From Dipteris shenzhenensis (taxonomy: Eukaryota): DNA of 64,000 bases. The stretch lies in assembly GCA_047967505.1 (NCBI GenBank), contig CM106538.1, one strand, 5' to 3'. Position 1 is the stretch's first letter. Each line of letters starts with the position of its first letter. Shown piece by piece: positions 37,055 through 49,322 of this stretch. The notes below the pieces were generated by a model. That model was not told the DNA's origin, searched no databases, and saw only the letters and a program-made list of their open reading frames with translations. A program made the position numbers and the translations under genes.

Positions 37055-39295
37055 ATGAGTTTGACTATGGTTAGTTGGAATATGCATCGCCTTCATGACC
37101 GTGCGCACAATCAACCGCAGTATTTGATTCTCCATCAGGAACTGCAGCGGGCTCTAGTAGGTGGACCAGTTGACTTTCTCTTGATTTAAGAGCACATGTT
37201 TTCCACAGTAGACATCACACGCCCTCACCGTCTTCTCCCTGGCAGGGGCCTAGAGGTTTGGTCCCCAGCAGTTGGCAGGAGTGAAGAGGTCTGCATCTCA
37301 GTATCCCAGGTGGTTGCCCCCGATATTTTTGCACAAGGCAAGGCCACGCAGTGTGGATGGGCCTTCAGGTAGGAGAGGCTCAAATTGGTGTCTTGAATGT
37401 GTACGTAGCCGCTTGCAGACAAGACCGCCCGGCTCGATAATCATGAGTTCTTGGAGGATAAGTAGGGAGGAGCCTCTTTAGAAGAGATGCCAGCAGGGGA
37501 GAGGAGTAGTTGGGAGCACTTCATTTTTGCGATCTGTGGCAAGGACCCTTGGCGAGAGCCTGAGTTTCCAGGACCCCGGGCAGCCTACGTTTCTCCTTTG
37601 GGCAGCGGAGGTAGGATGGACTACTTGAGTGTCTGCATAGATTCTATATTGGGGATTGGGCTCTACTCCACAGTGGGTCCACTGGCATTTTAGCATGCAC
37701 CACGATGTCGGACCATTCTCCAATGGTTCTACACTTAGAGCAGCCCCGTCGTCTCATGGACTCCCCCACAAAGGGGTTTGTATATTAGATGTTCTCTTCC
37801 AAGAGGCGGACGTTCAACAGTTGATAGCAGATCTCTCGAGACAGCCTGAAAGCAGACCCGAGGAGGGATGGGCGGCTTGGGTGGCTGAGAGGATTCAACG
37901 TAGCAATTGGGAGCTTCAGAGTTAAACCCTCAGACGGAGAGTGGCTCTTCAAGAGCGGGAGAGAGCCCTTCGCAGAGACCTTGCATCTATCGAGAGACTC
38001 CAGGAGCATCCCACTGGCTTAGGGATTGCCTGGAGTTTGCACGCTTGGAGCTGCAGGATTTGGAGGTTCGCAGAACAAAGTTCTCATACTACTCTTCCCG
38101 GGCCAGGCGGGTTCAGCAGGGAGATAGGATGATCAGACAGTTCTTTAAAGCCACACGACCACGATCTGCAGGAACCTAGCTTATGCGGCTTCGAGACCAC
38201 ATGGATACATGTGCACATACCAACAGGAGATCCTTGAGATGTCTACAGCCTTCTACAGCCAGCTTTTTCAGTCAAAGGAGGTATCGTCCACCACCATTCT
38301 GGCTAGAGAGGCGGTTTGCAGGTCCCCTCATTAGTTTCGCAAGGCCTTAACAAACGATTAGAGGTTCCTTTCACGGATGAGGAGTTGTGGGAGGCCCTTC
38401 CAGCATAGAAGTGCCCTAGTGAGGATGGCCTGACCCCGACCTTTTTTTGATGCTTCTGGGAGCATATCTCCAATCCCTCTCAAACTGGCCTGCAAGGATT
38501 TCTTCGACTTAGGATCCCTCCCACACTCCTTGAGCAAAGGCTGGATTTTGAAGGGGGGCGATAGATCAGACATTCGGCAGTGAAGGCCGATTACCATTCT
38601 GGACACTATTTACAAGATCTTCACCAAGGTCTTGAGTCTACGTCTGAGACCCCACATCCCAGATATCATTCATGAGACGCAGACCGGTTTTGTCTGGGAG
38701 CGTAGTATCCTCGATGACATCTTCACCCTTTGGGAGGCACTGGACTGGGCCAGGGAGAAGGCACAACCGCTAGCCGTTCTCAATTTCAAGAAGGCATATG
38801 ACAGGGCGGAGTGGTCCTTCTTGGAGGGGACCATGCAGAGGCTCAGTTTCTCAAAGAGATGGATCAGAGGGGTATCAGCTCTCTATACGGGCAACTAAAG
38901 CCACATAATTATTGGGGGGCCACACAGGCGAGGCCCTCCATCTCTCCCACTCAGTGAGGCAGGGCTGCCTGCTGGCCCCTTATCTTTTCCCTTTTGTGGC
39001 AGAGGCCTTAGGTTATTGTCTGTATCCCTGGCATTACAAGGATGCGGCTTCCGATCAGGCAGAATAAGGAGCTCCTTGACTCCGAGTTCGCAGATGACAG
39101 CGTTCTATGTGGATGGCTCTGCGGCTAGCCTCGAAAGGGTGAGAGGGGCCTTAGCCATTTATTGCGAGGCTTCCGTAGCTCGCATAAATTGGGCCAAATC
39201 CGTTGGTTTCTTTGCATGCTCAGAGGACACCCAAGAGGCTCGATACTGGGGAGCTGATTTTGGCTTTCGTTGGATACCGACATGGGAGACGTGTT
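37055..39295 (+). mobile_element. Degenerate L1-type ORF2 (EN + RT), 3'-truncated
   Basis: VSWNMHRL, SDHSP (~37708), *RPITIL, HETQTGFV, NFKKAYDR, RQGCLLAPYLF, DSEFADD (~39078-39098). Confidence 0.9.
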
Positions 39296-40540
39296 AGGAA
39301 CATGGTAGAGAGAGAGGGAGAGAAGGTTAGGGTGTGAGGAAATAATACATGAATTTCTAGCTTCCTCCAGTAATGCTTCGGAGCAGTAAAAGAAGGCTTA
39401 TCCAGTAAAGCCTTAGCAGAAACCGGAGGAGAAGGAAGAGTAAACTTTGCACTTGAAGAAGGAACAGGAGGAGTGGTCATGGAAGCTGAAGGGCAAGCAT
39501 GTGCAAAATGACCAACCTACCGGCACCGATAACATGCTGTAGAAAAAGAGTTGAAATGCATCCTCATGCGCATCGGATGAGCAAATCCCAAATCAAGATC
39601 CAGAGTAGAGGGCACGGGCTGCATCATATCCCATAAAATACAAAGGCGAACATTCCAAGTAGCCTGCAAAAACTCCTGTCTCGAAATATGTAGAGGCCTC
39701 CCCGAAAAAGCTGCAAGAGTAGGAAGATGTTGAAGAAGAGGCAGAGGCAACGCTTTGAGGATAATCCAGACCGGACAGTGAATGAGAAGAGAGGCAGATG
39801 GATCAAAAAGCGGATCCCAGGGCATCACATAAGCAAAGAAACCAACCCCATGAATACCAGCACGACTGACAAGTCGCTCCACCAAAAGAAAGGAGGAAAG
39901 GCAATCTTGACCCAAACCCTACGACGAAGTTGAGCAAAGATAAAACCTTGCCCATAAAGTAGAGACACAGACCCCAAACTGTTGAGCCTATCGAAGACCG
40001 AAAACCAAAAGGGCAAAATCCAAAAAACAAACAAACGGTGAACCCGATGAAGGAACATCTGTAACGGAAGCATAACACATCTGGCGAAGAAGGTCCAGCT
40101 GGAGGGAAGACGAAGGACCATCCGCAATATCCAGCTTTGCTGATTTAACCAAAGTGGGGGGAGGCAAAGCACCACGCTTCAGCAAAAAGAAGACATGTGC
40201 AGGAGGAGCAAAGGCAAGAGGGGGGGCTGAAGCAGAGAAACCAAAAAGATCCATCTATCGGAACAGCAGGAAGAGGGGAGGAAGAGACATCAAAAGGAGA
40301 TTATACTGAACCCGGCTGTACGGACATGGGAGCAGGTACATATGAAGAAAGTTGTACGAAGGGGGAAGACTGTACGGACAACCGTACATCAGGTACGGCT
40401 TGCACAAAGACAAAGGAAGGGGGGCAAGAACAGAGGGGAGCGCCGAGGGGATGGGCAAAGAAGGTACGGCTGGGGGCGGCCTGTGCAAAGACTGCTGCGC
40501 AGAAGGTACACGCAGCAGCAGGCCTGGTACAAAAGCAGGC
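39296..40540 (-). mobile_element. L1-type ORF1 fragment (Pro-rich N-terminus, DUF4283-like region, CCHC knuckle)
   Basis: PWDPLFDP..CPVWIILKALP..VRLCI..CYRCR*VGHFAHAC. Confidence 0.8.
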
Positions 40541-42690
40541 GGAAGATGTACTCAAATGGAAAAATGCAAAGTAGGACTCGCCAGAGGAAAACTTGATGCC
40601 GAAAAGGGACTTTATAATGCCAAAGGAGACACAGCCACTTTCTCCACCAATTTGATGGGCGATCCATATGCCAAACAGAATTGGCTCTGTCAGAAACCCA
40701 AGACGGAGGTAACAACACTTTATACAAAGAAGGCACTGTGATATGTGACAGCTTCAAAGGACGGGCTGAAGAAGAGGAAGAATGGAGAGTCCAACCCTCA
40801 AGCCTATCTTGAAGTTCCAAACGAAGTACCGGCAAGAAAGGTTGAAGCATTTCTTAAATTTTGTGCTATAAAGAACAATAATGAGCTCCCAAACCATACT
40901 TGCTACTAGCAGCCGCAGAAAAAGATAAAAGAGTGCCATCATCCTGAAGTACATCCGCCACACAAGCAATACCTTTGAAAGATATAAAATAAGAACGCCT
41001 GGTTTCTTGTATAGCCAAAGGAGGGTGGAATACTTTGGACCAATAAATATTCTCAGCCCTCAAGGAATTTCCCAACAAAGAATCCCTGCCATTCCATTCC
41101 AAGTGGGATAAAATATGCTTCCAATCAAGAAGCAAATGAGAGACAAAAGGGCAGCCTCTGATCTTGCCTTGAATAGAGCCGAGTAGAAAATCCCACTATG
41201 TAGGCTGCCAATGCTCAAAAGCAGAAGTATCAATATGCAACAAAAGAGAGCGGATCATGAAAGCCCAAGGCCTGATCCCCTTGCATAAACTGCAACATCA
41301 TTTTCCCCCTGTGAGCAAGTATATGCACTGGAATATTGAGTATGTTCAAACCCCCGTGCATCTTTGGAGAACAGAGACGATGCATAGAGAGTAATCTGAG
41401 ACTTTTCTTGCCATTTTTTGAACACTAGAAAATCTCCATGATAGCAGACATAAAGAAAGCCAGATCTGCCTCAGTAAACATAATGAGGGGTAGATAGAAT
41501 TGTATGTATGCTATCAAAATGGTTTGCCTTATTCGCAAACGAACATATAATGGCCAAGTTACAAGCTTCCAATATTCAAGTTTTTTCCTCATCTTTGTGA
41601 GCACCCAATCAATTTGTTGAGAATGAGTGAGCCCCCAACCTAGAGGATAGCCAAGATGTCAAATCAATTGAGAAGGTGGAACAATTTCCCCAGGCCACAA
41701 AAGACTATGACAATCTTTAGCATGCAACATCAACAGCTTGGATTTCTGAAAATTCACATGAAAACCAGTGGCCAAGCCATATGTGGAAAGAGCCTGCATA
41801 TTCAAGGAGAGATCGCTCTAAGTATTTTTCGGGGTAACGAAAGAATCATCAGCATATGCTTGAGCGATCATGCTGCAGCTGCCAGGAATTTCCAACCCAT
41901 GCAACATGCCACAGTCGAAAAGGTGGTCCATATATTGAAGCATTGGATGAGTGGCTATGGCAAATAGTAAAGCACTAAGGGGACAGCCTTGCCGAATAGA
42001 ACAACCAAGAGTCCAGGTTGTAGAAATATCCCCTAAAAGTATGCAAGCAGATTTACTATCTTGATATAGCCAATTGATAGCTGCTGCATTTTTTTGCCAA
42101 ATCCCAAGGCCTGCATTTTGTTTGTGAAATAAAGTCCCATTGAACAGTGTCAAAAGCTTTGACAACATCAACTTGCAATAGCAAAACATCTTGCTGCATA
42201 TATTTGGCATATTCTATTCCAATATAGGTATTAGCAATGTTATCTGTGATATGCCTACGAGGAACAAAACCATATTGTGCAGGATGCAACCCATCATGCA
42301 AATAGCCTTTTATCCGATCAACAATCATTTTGGTAGTAAATTTGTAAATAACTGGCATAAGCGTGATAGGTCTCCAATCAGCCAAAGATTCACAGATTTG
42401 CTTTTTTGGGAGGAGTTTAATAAGACCTTTCTTCCATGTGTCTGGCATTTTCTGATTTTGCTAAGCAAAATTCACCATATGCAGCAAAGTATGCTTCAAA
42501 AGAGGCCCATATTCTAAGAAAAACTCAACCGTAAGACCATCCCATCCTGGAGATTTCCATCTACCACAGGATTTGATTGCATTTGATTGCATCCTGAAAT
42601 TGACTAAGCTCAGTGAGGTCTTGGCAAGTCAATTTAGCCTGAGCAACAGTTTCCCTCATAGTCTTCATGTAAGACTTGCCATAACCTCTA
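40541..42690 (-). mobile_element. Degenerate L1-type ORF2 (RT + C-terminus), a third L1 family
   Basis: DWRPITLMPVIYK, DVVKAFD, IRQGCPLSALLF, AYADD; nucleotide similarity to 57000-58050. Confidence 0.9.
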
Positions 42691-42901
42691 TTTAAACTTG
42701 CATTTTGAAAACAAAAGAATCCCATGCATTATCAATATCAAAGTGGCTCTGAGAAGACAGAGATTGATAGGCATTACTAACCATTGCCTTGAAAGTAACC
42801 TCACACACACACACAAACTCGTACGGAAGGCCGTACAGAATGACGTATGGAATGACATAGGGATGGAGTACGAAAAAACGTTCGTACGCGTACGGACCTA
42901 A

Positions 42902-43794
42902 CTATGACTGCAAGACCAGACTCTTTCTTCTTCTTTTCAGATGCAATCCACTTCTTGCATACAGAAATATCATGCCCAAGTTTCCTACAATAGTTAATCT
43001 CTTCTTCTTTTTGTCATCCCCTGAAGAAGAGGTACCATGTGAATGATCAGCATGTGAATGAGGGGATTTACCAGCTAAAACCTTGCCTTTGCCTTTGTTT
43101 TTATGCTGGGCAGCAAAGGCTTCATCACTAGCCATAGAAGCATTGCGATTTGCACGACTTTGCTCCTCTTGAAGAAGAAGAGCAACCAACTAGTCAAATG
43201 AGAAATGGTTGGCATTGCCACCTGCAACCAACCTCAATGTAGTAGCAAAGCCTTGATAAGAATCAAGCAACCCATCATATTAGAAACAAGATGAGAATCA
43301 GGCATGATCTCATCAACGTTGGCCAATTACTCTTTCAAATCCTTCACATTAGTGAGATAGGCATCCATGTTATCACCCTCTTCAAGCTTCAAGTCCTTCA
43401 ACTGCTTGTAGAGATAGGCTACCCTCGCCTCATTCCACAACTGATACAAAGATGCAAGCTGATCCCATGCTTGCTTAGCTGTCTTGCAAGACCGAGTATG
43501 AGGGATAATAACCCATTTTACTAAAAGAGAAATCATCTAGAAATAGCATTAGAATTATCTCCTGAAGACCCATCACCCAAAAGTAGAGCCAGTGGCAGTA
43601 GGTGTAGCACCAGAAGCGGCATTACATGTAGGCCTGGCCTGAGAACCTGAAACAATATGCCATAGATTCTTGGCAACCAAAACATGTCCCATCATGTATG
43701 ACCATATGGGATAATTGGTGCCATCAATCTTGTCATTAGCTCCAAGCATCCCAAACAAATCATCCTTGCTGCTAGTCATGGTGCTAAAATTCAA
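42902..43794 (-). mobile_element. Ty1/Copia gag remnant
   Basis: KIDGTNYPIWSYMMGHVLVAKNLW, TAKQAWDQLASLY, LEEGDNMDAYL, LLLQEEQ and a decayed knuckle (UBN2/gag-type signature). No pol or PBS recognised. Confidence 0.88.
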
Positions 43795-44591
43795 GACAAA
43801 TGCACCAGCTGGAAAAGCAAATGAGAGGAAGGCAACCTCTCAAAATCAAAAGACAAAATTCTGCTCAAGCTTCAAAGCTTATCCCTACAAAAGAATCTGA
43901 TGTGCCAATGTGTACCTATTGCAGGAAAAATCCCCAAAAGACAACACGAGGCCTTCCAAGGCAACAGGGGCCCTTTCCAAAATGCAAATGAAGCAGAAAT
44001 TGGAAAGAATCAATGCAGCAACAGCTTACCCAATGATGTATCCCGAAAGAATAGAAGCAAAAAAGCTCTGAATGCGAGCAGAGAGTTTCACCCTTGAAGG
44101 AGAGGTGAAAATGAGAGGTGAAAATGAGAGCAAATGGCAATGTGAAATGCCAATAGAGGGCTGGAAATGAGAATTACAGCAAGAGAAAGTGCTCCCACGA
44201 GGAGGAGAACACTTGGGAATGAGAGAAGGGTGATCCAATGGAGGGAAACTCGCAGCCCGAGGCAAAGGATAGCCAATGAAAGAAAAAAGGGCTCAAGAAG
44301 AGATCTCCATATCACTTCAGCAATCTCCAAGGAGCTTCAACAGCCGGCACGCAGCACGAGGCAGCAAGAAACACCTCCAAAATGCAGACACAAAAGTTGA
44401 GGCTGGTCCAAACAACCATTCCATGCATTAAAAGCAGGCACAACAGGTCTGTAGGGACTGTAGGGATGGCCATACTGTCGCTGTACAGCAAACAGCTGCC
44501 ACACGTGCAAATTGAATGAGCCGTACAACTGTATGGATTCAGTACAGCATGTAGCCACCACACGTATGAAGGAATTTCTGATTAAAAAACA

Positions 44592-46339
44592 TTTACATCA
44601 GCCCTGCAGGGCATTTGGGACTCTGGCGAGATGCCCCGGTCGCTCATAGAGGGTCTCATCCACCTTATCCCGAAAGGAGGTTGCAGAAATCTAGTGTCCC
44701 AGTGGAGGCCTATCACACTTCTGGGGACTTGTTACAAGATTTTGGCCGAGGCAATCAGCCTCTAATTGCAGCCGCTTCTCCCAGATCTTACTCATGACAC
44801 ACTGAGACGGGATTTGTGCATGGCAGAAGCATTTTTTATAACATTTTCTCTTTCTGGGAAGCTTCAGAGTGGGCCAAGCAGAGCGGCCAGAATCTAGCCA
44901 TTCTACTCTTGGATTTTGAGAAAGCTTATGACAGAGTATATTGGGGTTTTTTGGAGGGCACCCTTCTATGTTTTGGCTTTACTGATGCTTGGATCAGAGG
45001 TGTTTCCTCTTTATATAGATCAGCCCACATCCAGGTACTTATTGGTGGGGTAAGGGGTGAGAGATTTCAGATTTCCAGATCAGTCCGTCAGGGATGCCCC
45101 CTTGCTCCTTTTCTTTTTTTGTTCGTGGCCGAAGCTATGAGTATCTATGTTAGATCTCAAGCTGACATTTTTGGGCTGAGACTTCCCATCAGAAAGGAAG
45201 AGGAGCTACTTGACAGTGAGTTGGCAGATGACACAGCAGTTTACCTAGATGCCACTCCACAGACGCTCACTTCTTTCAGGACAGCATTGGATTTATTTTG
45301 CTTGGCGACGGAGGCGCGGATAAATTGGCATAAATCCAATGGCTTTTGGATCAGTGATGAGGACACTCCAGTTTGGGGGCTTGACATAGGATTCACTCGG
45401 GTTCAGAAGGGTGTGCCTGTCAGGTATTTGGGCTGCCAGGTCGGCTTGGATATTTCTTCCACGCAGCAATTTGCTCCCGTGTTGTGGGGTATGCCAAAGG
45501 GATGGATCCCAAGAGGCATGAGAGGTTGTGACCTCTCGTATACATGGAATGTGTGCATGAGGCATTAGGCATTCATATGTGGTTTGTGGACTGCATGAAC
45601 ATAGTATAGTTGTCAATAGCAAAAAGTACACTCACGTGGGCATTCCTTCCACCCCATTTGGAGAGCCAATGCTTCTCAACTTATGCATCATTCTTCCACA
45701 CATGTGCATCCTCCAACCGGTATGTGACAGGTAGCCAAGATTTTCAGTCACTTTGTGCACTCCCCATTCTTTATGACATGGGACTTAGTGGCTTGGCTTT
45801 CTCTTATTGGGCCTCAGGTTTTTTATGAGAGACATGACTCTTCTCGGGCCATTTCGATTCGATGTCATCAGGTTGAGTCATGTTCTTTGGATGTGGTACC
45901 ACACCTTCCTTTTGCAGCAGTACATGCCTCTATGGATACCTCTTCGGAGATACTAGCGAGCATAGCAGCCTAGCATATCTGGAGAGCCAGATGCATAGAG
46001 GCATTGGAGGGAACTCAGGTTCATCCCTCGCACACATTGGCTAGTATCTGGATAGACATCATACATATTTTGATGGCCGTATGGACGAGCATGCAGGGAG
46101 ACTCTCGTGCAGCCTTAGCTAGGAGGGCTTCTTTCTTCAAGGAATGGAAGGATTCTCCTTTCTTCTCTGAGACTTTTACAAGGTTGAGGTGGCACTTTCA
46201 GCCTCAGCCTTGGTTATTTTCGACCTCATTTTGAGGGGGTTTATTTATCCTCATGGTTACATGATGTATTCCGCTTTGAGCTTGCTCTCGCGGGCTTTTT
46301 CTCTTACTTAATAGAAGTCTCTTTCTTGGAAAAAAAAAA
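44592..46339 (+). mobile_element. L1-type copy (48808 family), 5'-truncated, with an internal replacement
   Basis: Matches 52321-53211, then 245 bp of foreign sequence (45485-45729, ending tgtgaca), then matches 54668-55279; poly(A) at 46330-46339. Confidence 0.93.
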
Positions 46340-46564
46340 TGCCGCTACAATGAGTGGAGGCTCAAGAGGGAGCCAATATGACAAAACCCTAGGGCTAAAT
46401 TCCCTAACTAGACTAAGTGTCCTAACTAACCTAGCTAGTACATGTACTACTATACCAATAGTCCTAACTGACTATAACTAGGCCTACAAGGCACATACCA
46501 AGGAATAAGTGGCACCTATGGATAGCCCATAGACAATGGCCTACAACCCCTATGAGTATGAGTA

Positions 46565-46870
46565 TGTGATCCATGGTCATGTGATCTCTCTAGAAACCCG
46601 CTTGTCGTATTGCTCTAAGCCCTTGAACCTTTGTGAGCTGGCTGACCTCTATGTCGAGTATTGATGCATTAATCTTGGACATGACATGTCCGATCATAAC
46701 GGTCCTATAGTTTTCCAAACTCATGGGATATTTTGCCTTGTGCATGGGGGTGATGGTGTTAAGGGTCCACGTGTGGGGGAGGCCAGTACAAACCGCTTCA
46801 TTAATAAGCTTTGCTACGATCGGGGCCAAGGTATTGATTCCATATGCAATGAACTTGGTACATAGGCCCT
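46565..46870 (-). mobile_element. RTE-X-like RT fragment
   Basis: NYRTVMIGHVMSKINASILD..QAGF matches 15230-15500. Confidence 0.85.
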
Positions 46871-47651
46871 AGGAGAGAGGATTGAGCAACACACACTCCT
46901 TTGGCACCTTGAGTGTGACATCCTAGGATCCAAGAAATGCATAGGCTATGCATATTGGGATGGTGGCCTTAGTGGCTTCCTAGGGTCTTGGATCAGACTA
47001 GTAAAGCAGCCTAAGTAGAAACAGCTTAGAAACCTGCCACACCTAAGAGAAGCATGAGGTGAAAATGAGGAAGTAGTGTAGCCATGCACAGTTTTCTTAG
47101 ATTGCAGTCCCACTGAGATTCCCACTATTATGCCCAAACTGACTCTGTTCTATAGCATAGAGAAGGGAGGTGAGCTACACTCCCCTGTTCTACAACAAGA
47201 GATCATAAATAACGACACTCTCAAAATGGAAGATTGGCAGTAAAACAAAATGGTCAAAGCAATGGTTTATTGACACCCAGTGAGGTAGATTACGGAGCAT
47301 TCACAGTGGTGACTATGGTTATGGGAGAGTCGTCCTCTTTGAGAGGTCTTGTGGGAGCCTGCAGAGTGGTTTTGGCCCACCTAGAGACAGTAGGGTAGAG
47401 CAGAGTGCACCAATGCCCTTCTTCTCCTACACCACCCGTATTGGCAAGTGGCTCTAGATCATGGCTTCTCTATGGAATCCCTTGCAAGAGAGGCACTGGC
47501 TTAAGCAGCATCTTCTACATGCAGGTTCTTTCTAGTCTCGAAAGAAGAACATTTGTAAATGGCAACAACCTTAAATCAGAAATTAAATAATTGTTTTCTC
47601 TAAAAATGTTTAAAAAAATCCATTTGTATGTCGTATGTTGGCCCTTTCCAC

Positions 47652-48288
47652 CTGATTCGAAAACCTTAAGTTTCTTAAAGCTCAGGATAAGGACCTGACT
47701 TTCCCACTTTTTTAGCTTTCAGAGACAAGAAAAAGTTTTCCCTTTAGACCAACCAGTTGTAATCACTAGTGCCTGATTCCTGAGAAATGTACTGCATTTA
47801 CAGAAGGAAGTAACTAAGTACACAATGGTAGGTTGTGAGGGAGAAACCATTACCTGATGTAAGGAGAAACTCTATAGCTCTTTGTAAACAGGAAAGGTAG
47901 AAAAAACCAGCTGTCATGGATTGTCCAAGATACAAGTGCTTTGTGAATCTGCTGTTCATAAGGAAATGTTCTCATGTTTATTTTTTTTTGCTTTGAGGCA
48001 TTTACTTTATATAATACTCATATGGGATTATGTAGATATTGTCACAAAATTTAACAAGCATCTAGGTTAAAAAGGAACCAAGGAGAACAGAGGTTGGATT
48101 TTTAGTAAATAGTTGTCACATACAATCACAGCATTGCAAAACCTCACCAACATAAAATGTGCCAGGATTTGCAAAAGAAAAAGAGATTCATTTATACCAC
48201 TTACCTGAGGGGAGGAGAAGCAGACCAGTAATAGCTTCTCATGTTTTAAGAAAAGGACTGATGTCATGGATGCAGAACGGTATATCAT
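47652..48288 (-). pseudogene. Possible exon cluster (48205-48288, 47854-47910, weaker 47652-47791)
   Basis: cttcag|..CAG|gtaagt (84 nt) and gacag|..CAG|gtaatg (57 nt), a 62-nt intron ending tgcag, and an AT-rich intron-like context. Phase-1 translation DIPFCIHDISPFLKT*EAITGLLLLPS-AGFFYLSCLQRAIEFLLTS. Confidence 0.35.
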
Positions 48289-49322
48289 CTGAAGTATGTA
48301 ACAAAATTTCATAAGACACATACAAGTACCCATTTTTTGAACTTTAACTCAGAATTGCAAAGTTTCACGTTTATGTCACTTCCATTTGAAAGGGCAATTT
48401 AACAGAGACCTTAAATAGAACTCAGATCCAGATGCTTAAGAATAAGACTAAACACACGATGATGTACTTCTTCTTTACAAGGCAAGGGGGCAAGTCAGGG
48501 ACTTGCTCACTGCACTCCATCCCGCCATAGTGAAGATCATGCTTCACTAAGAAGACAAATCCTGAAAGAGAACGTTGCCCAGCATAAAAGATATCATAAC
48601 CAGCCAAATGACAATGTTGTCCAGATTACATGTGCTGGTTATGCTCTTGTAAAGCCACTATGTCAGGCTGCAAATGATTGAGATACACCTATGCTATCTT
48701 CCATTTTCTAGCATCACAAAAACCCTATACATTGAGTGTCAAACATTTGATTTGTGATAACGTATTTACAATTATGTACATTGCCAACAAAAAGTTTGCC
48801 CAAGGCATCTGGTCCTCCAGAGCTGCTGCTCCTCCCCGTTCCCCTGCTGCTCCCTCAGCCCGTCCCTCCCTTCTCCCCTCAGTCTGTCCCTCGCCCCCTC
48901 CCTGCTGCTCCGCCCCCTCCCCCCTCCTGCTGCTCCGCCCCCTCCCCCTGCCTGTCCCTCGTCCCCTCCCCCCTGCTGTTCCGCCCCCTCCCTGTTGTTC
49001 CGCCCCCTCTCTTCCTCTCAGCCCTCTCCCTACCTCTCAGCCTGCTCCCCCCCGCCTCCTCCCTGCTTCTCCGCCCCCTCCCCCCCCCCCTCTCCTCCCC
49101 TTCCCTTCTCTCCTTCCTCTCCCTCTCCCTCTCCTTCTTCTCCACTCCCTCTCAGCCCTCCCCTCCAGTGCCCCCTCCCCTCTCAACCCCTCTCCTCCTC
49201 CCCTTGCCCCCTGCTTCCTCCTTGCCTCCTTTCCCCTCCTTCTGCCCCCTTTTCTCCCGCAGCTTATTGGAACAGAAGGAGCGTTTAATTTGTTAGAGTC
49301 GGCCTCCCCACCTTGATTGGCG

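Noticed and set aside
43800-44590. Copia PBS and 5' LTR
   Set aside because: No tggtatcagagc-type PBS or TG..CA boundaries could be identified.
4340-48288. Nuclear U-to-C RNA editing or stop-codon recoding rescuing the candidate exons
   Set aside because: Every stop codon starts with T, so reversion to CAA/CAG/CGA is trivially possible. Neighbouring TEs show the same C-to-T decay (e.g. CAG at 29856 versus TAG at 54645), which methylation-driven mutation explains.
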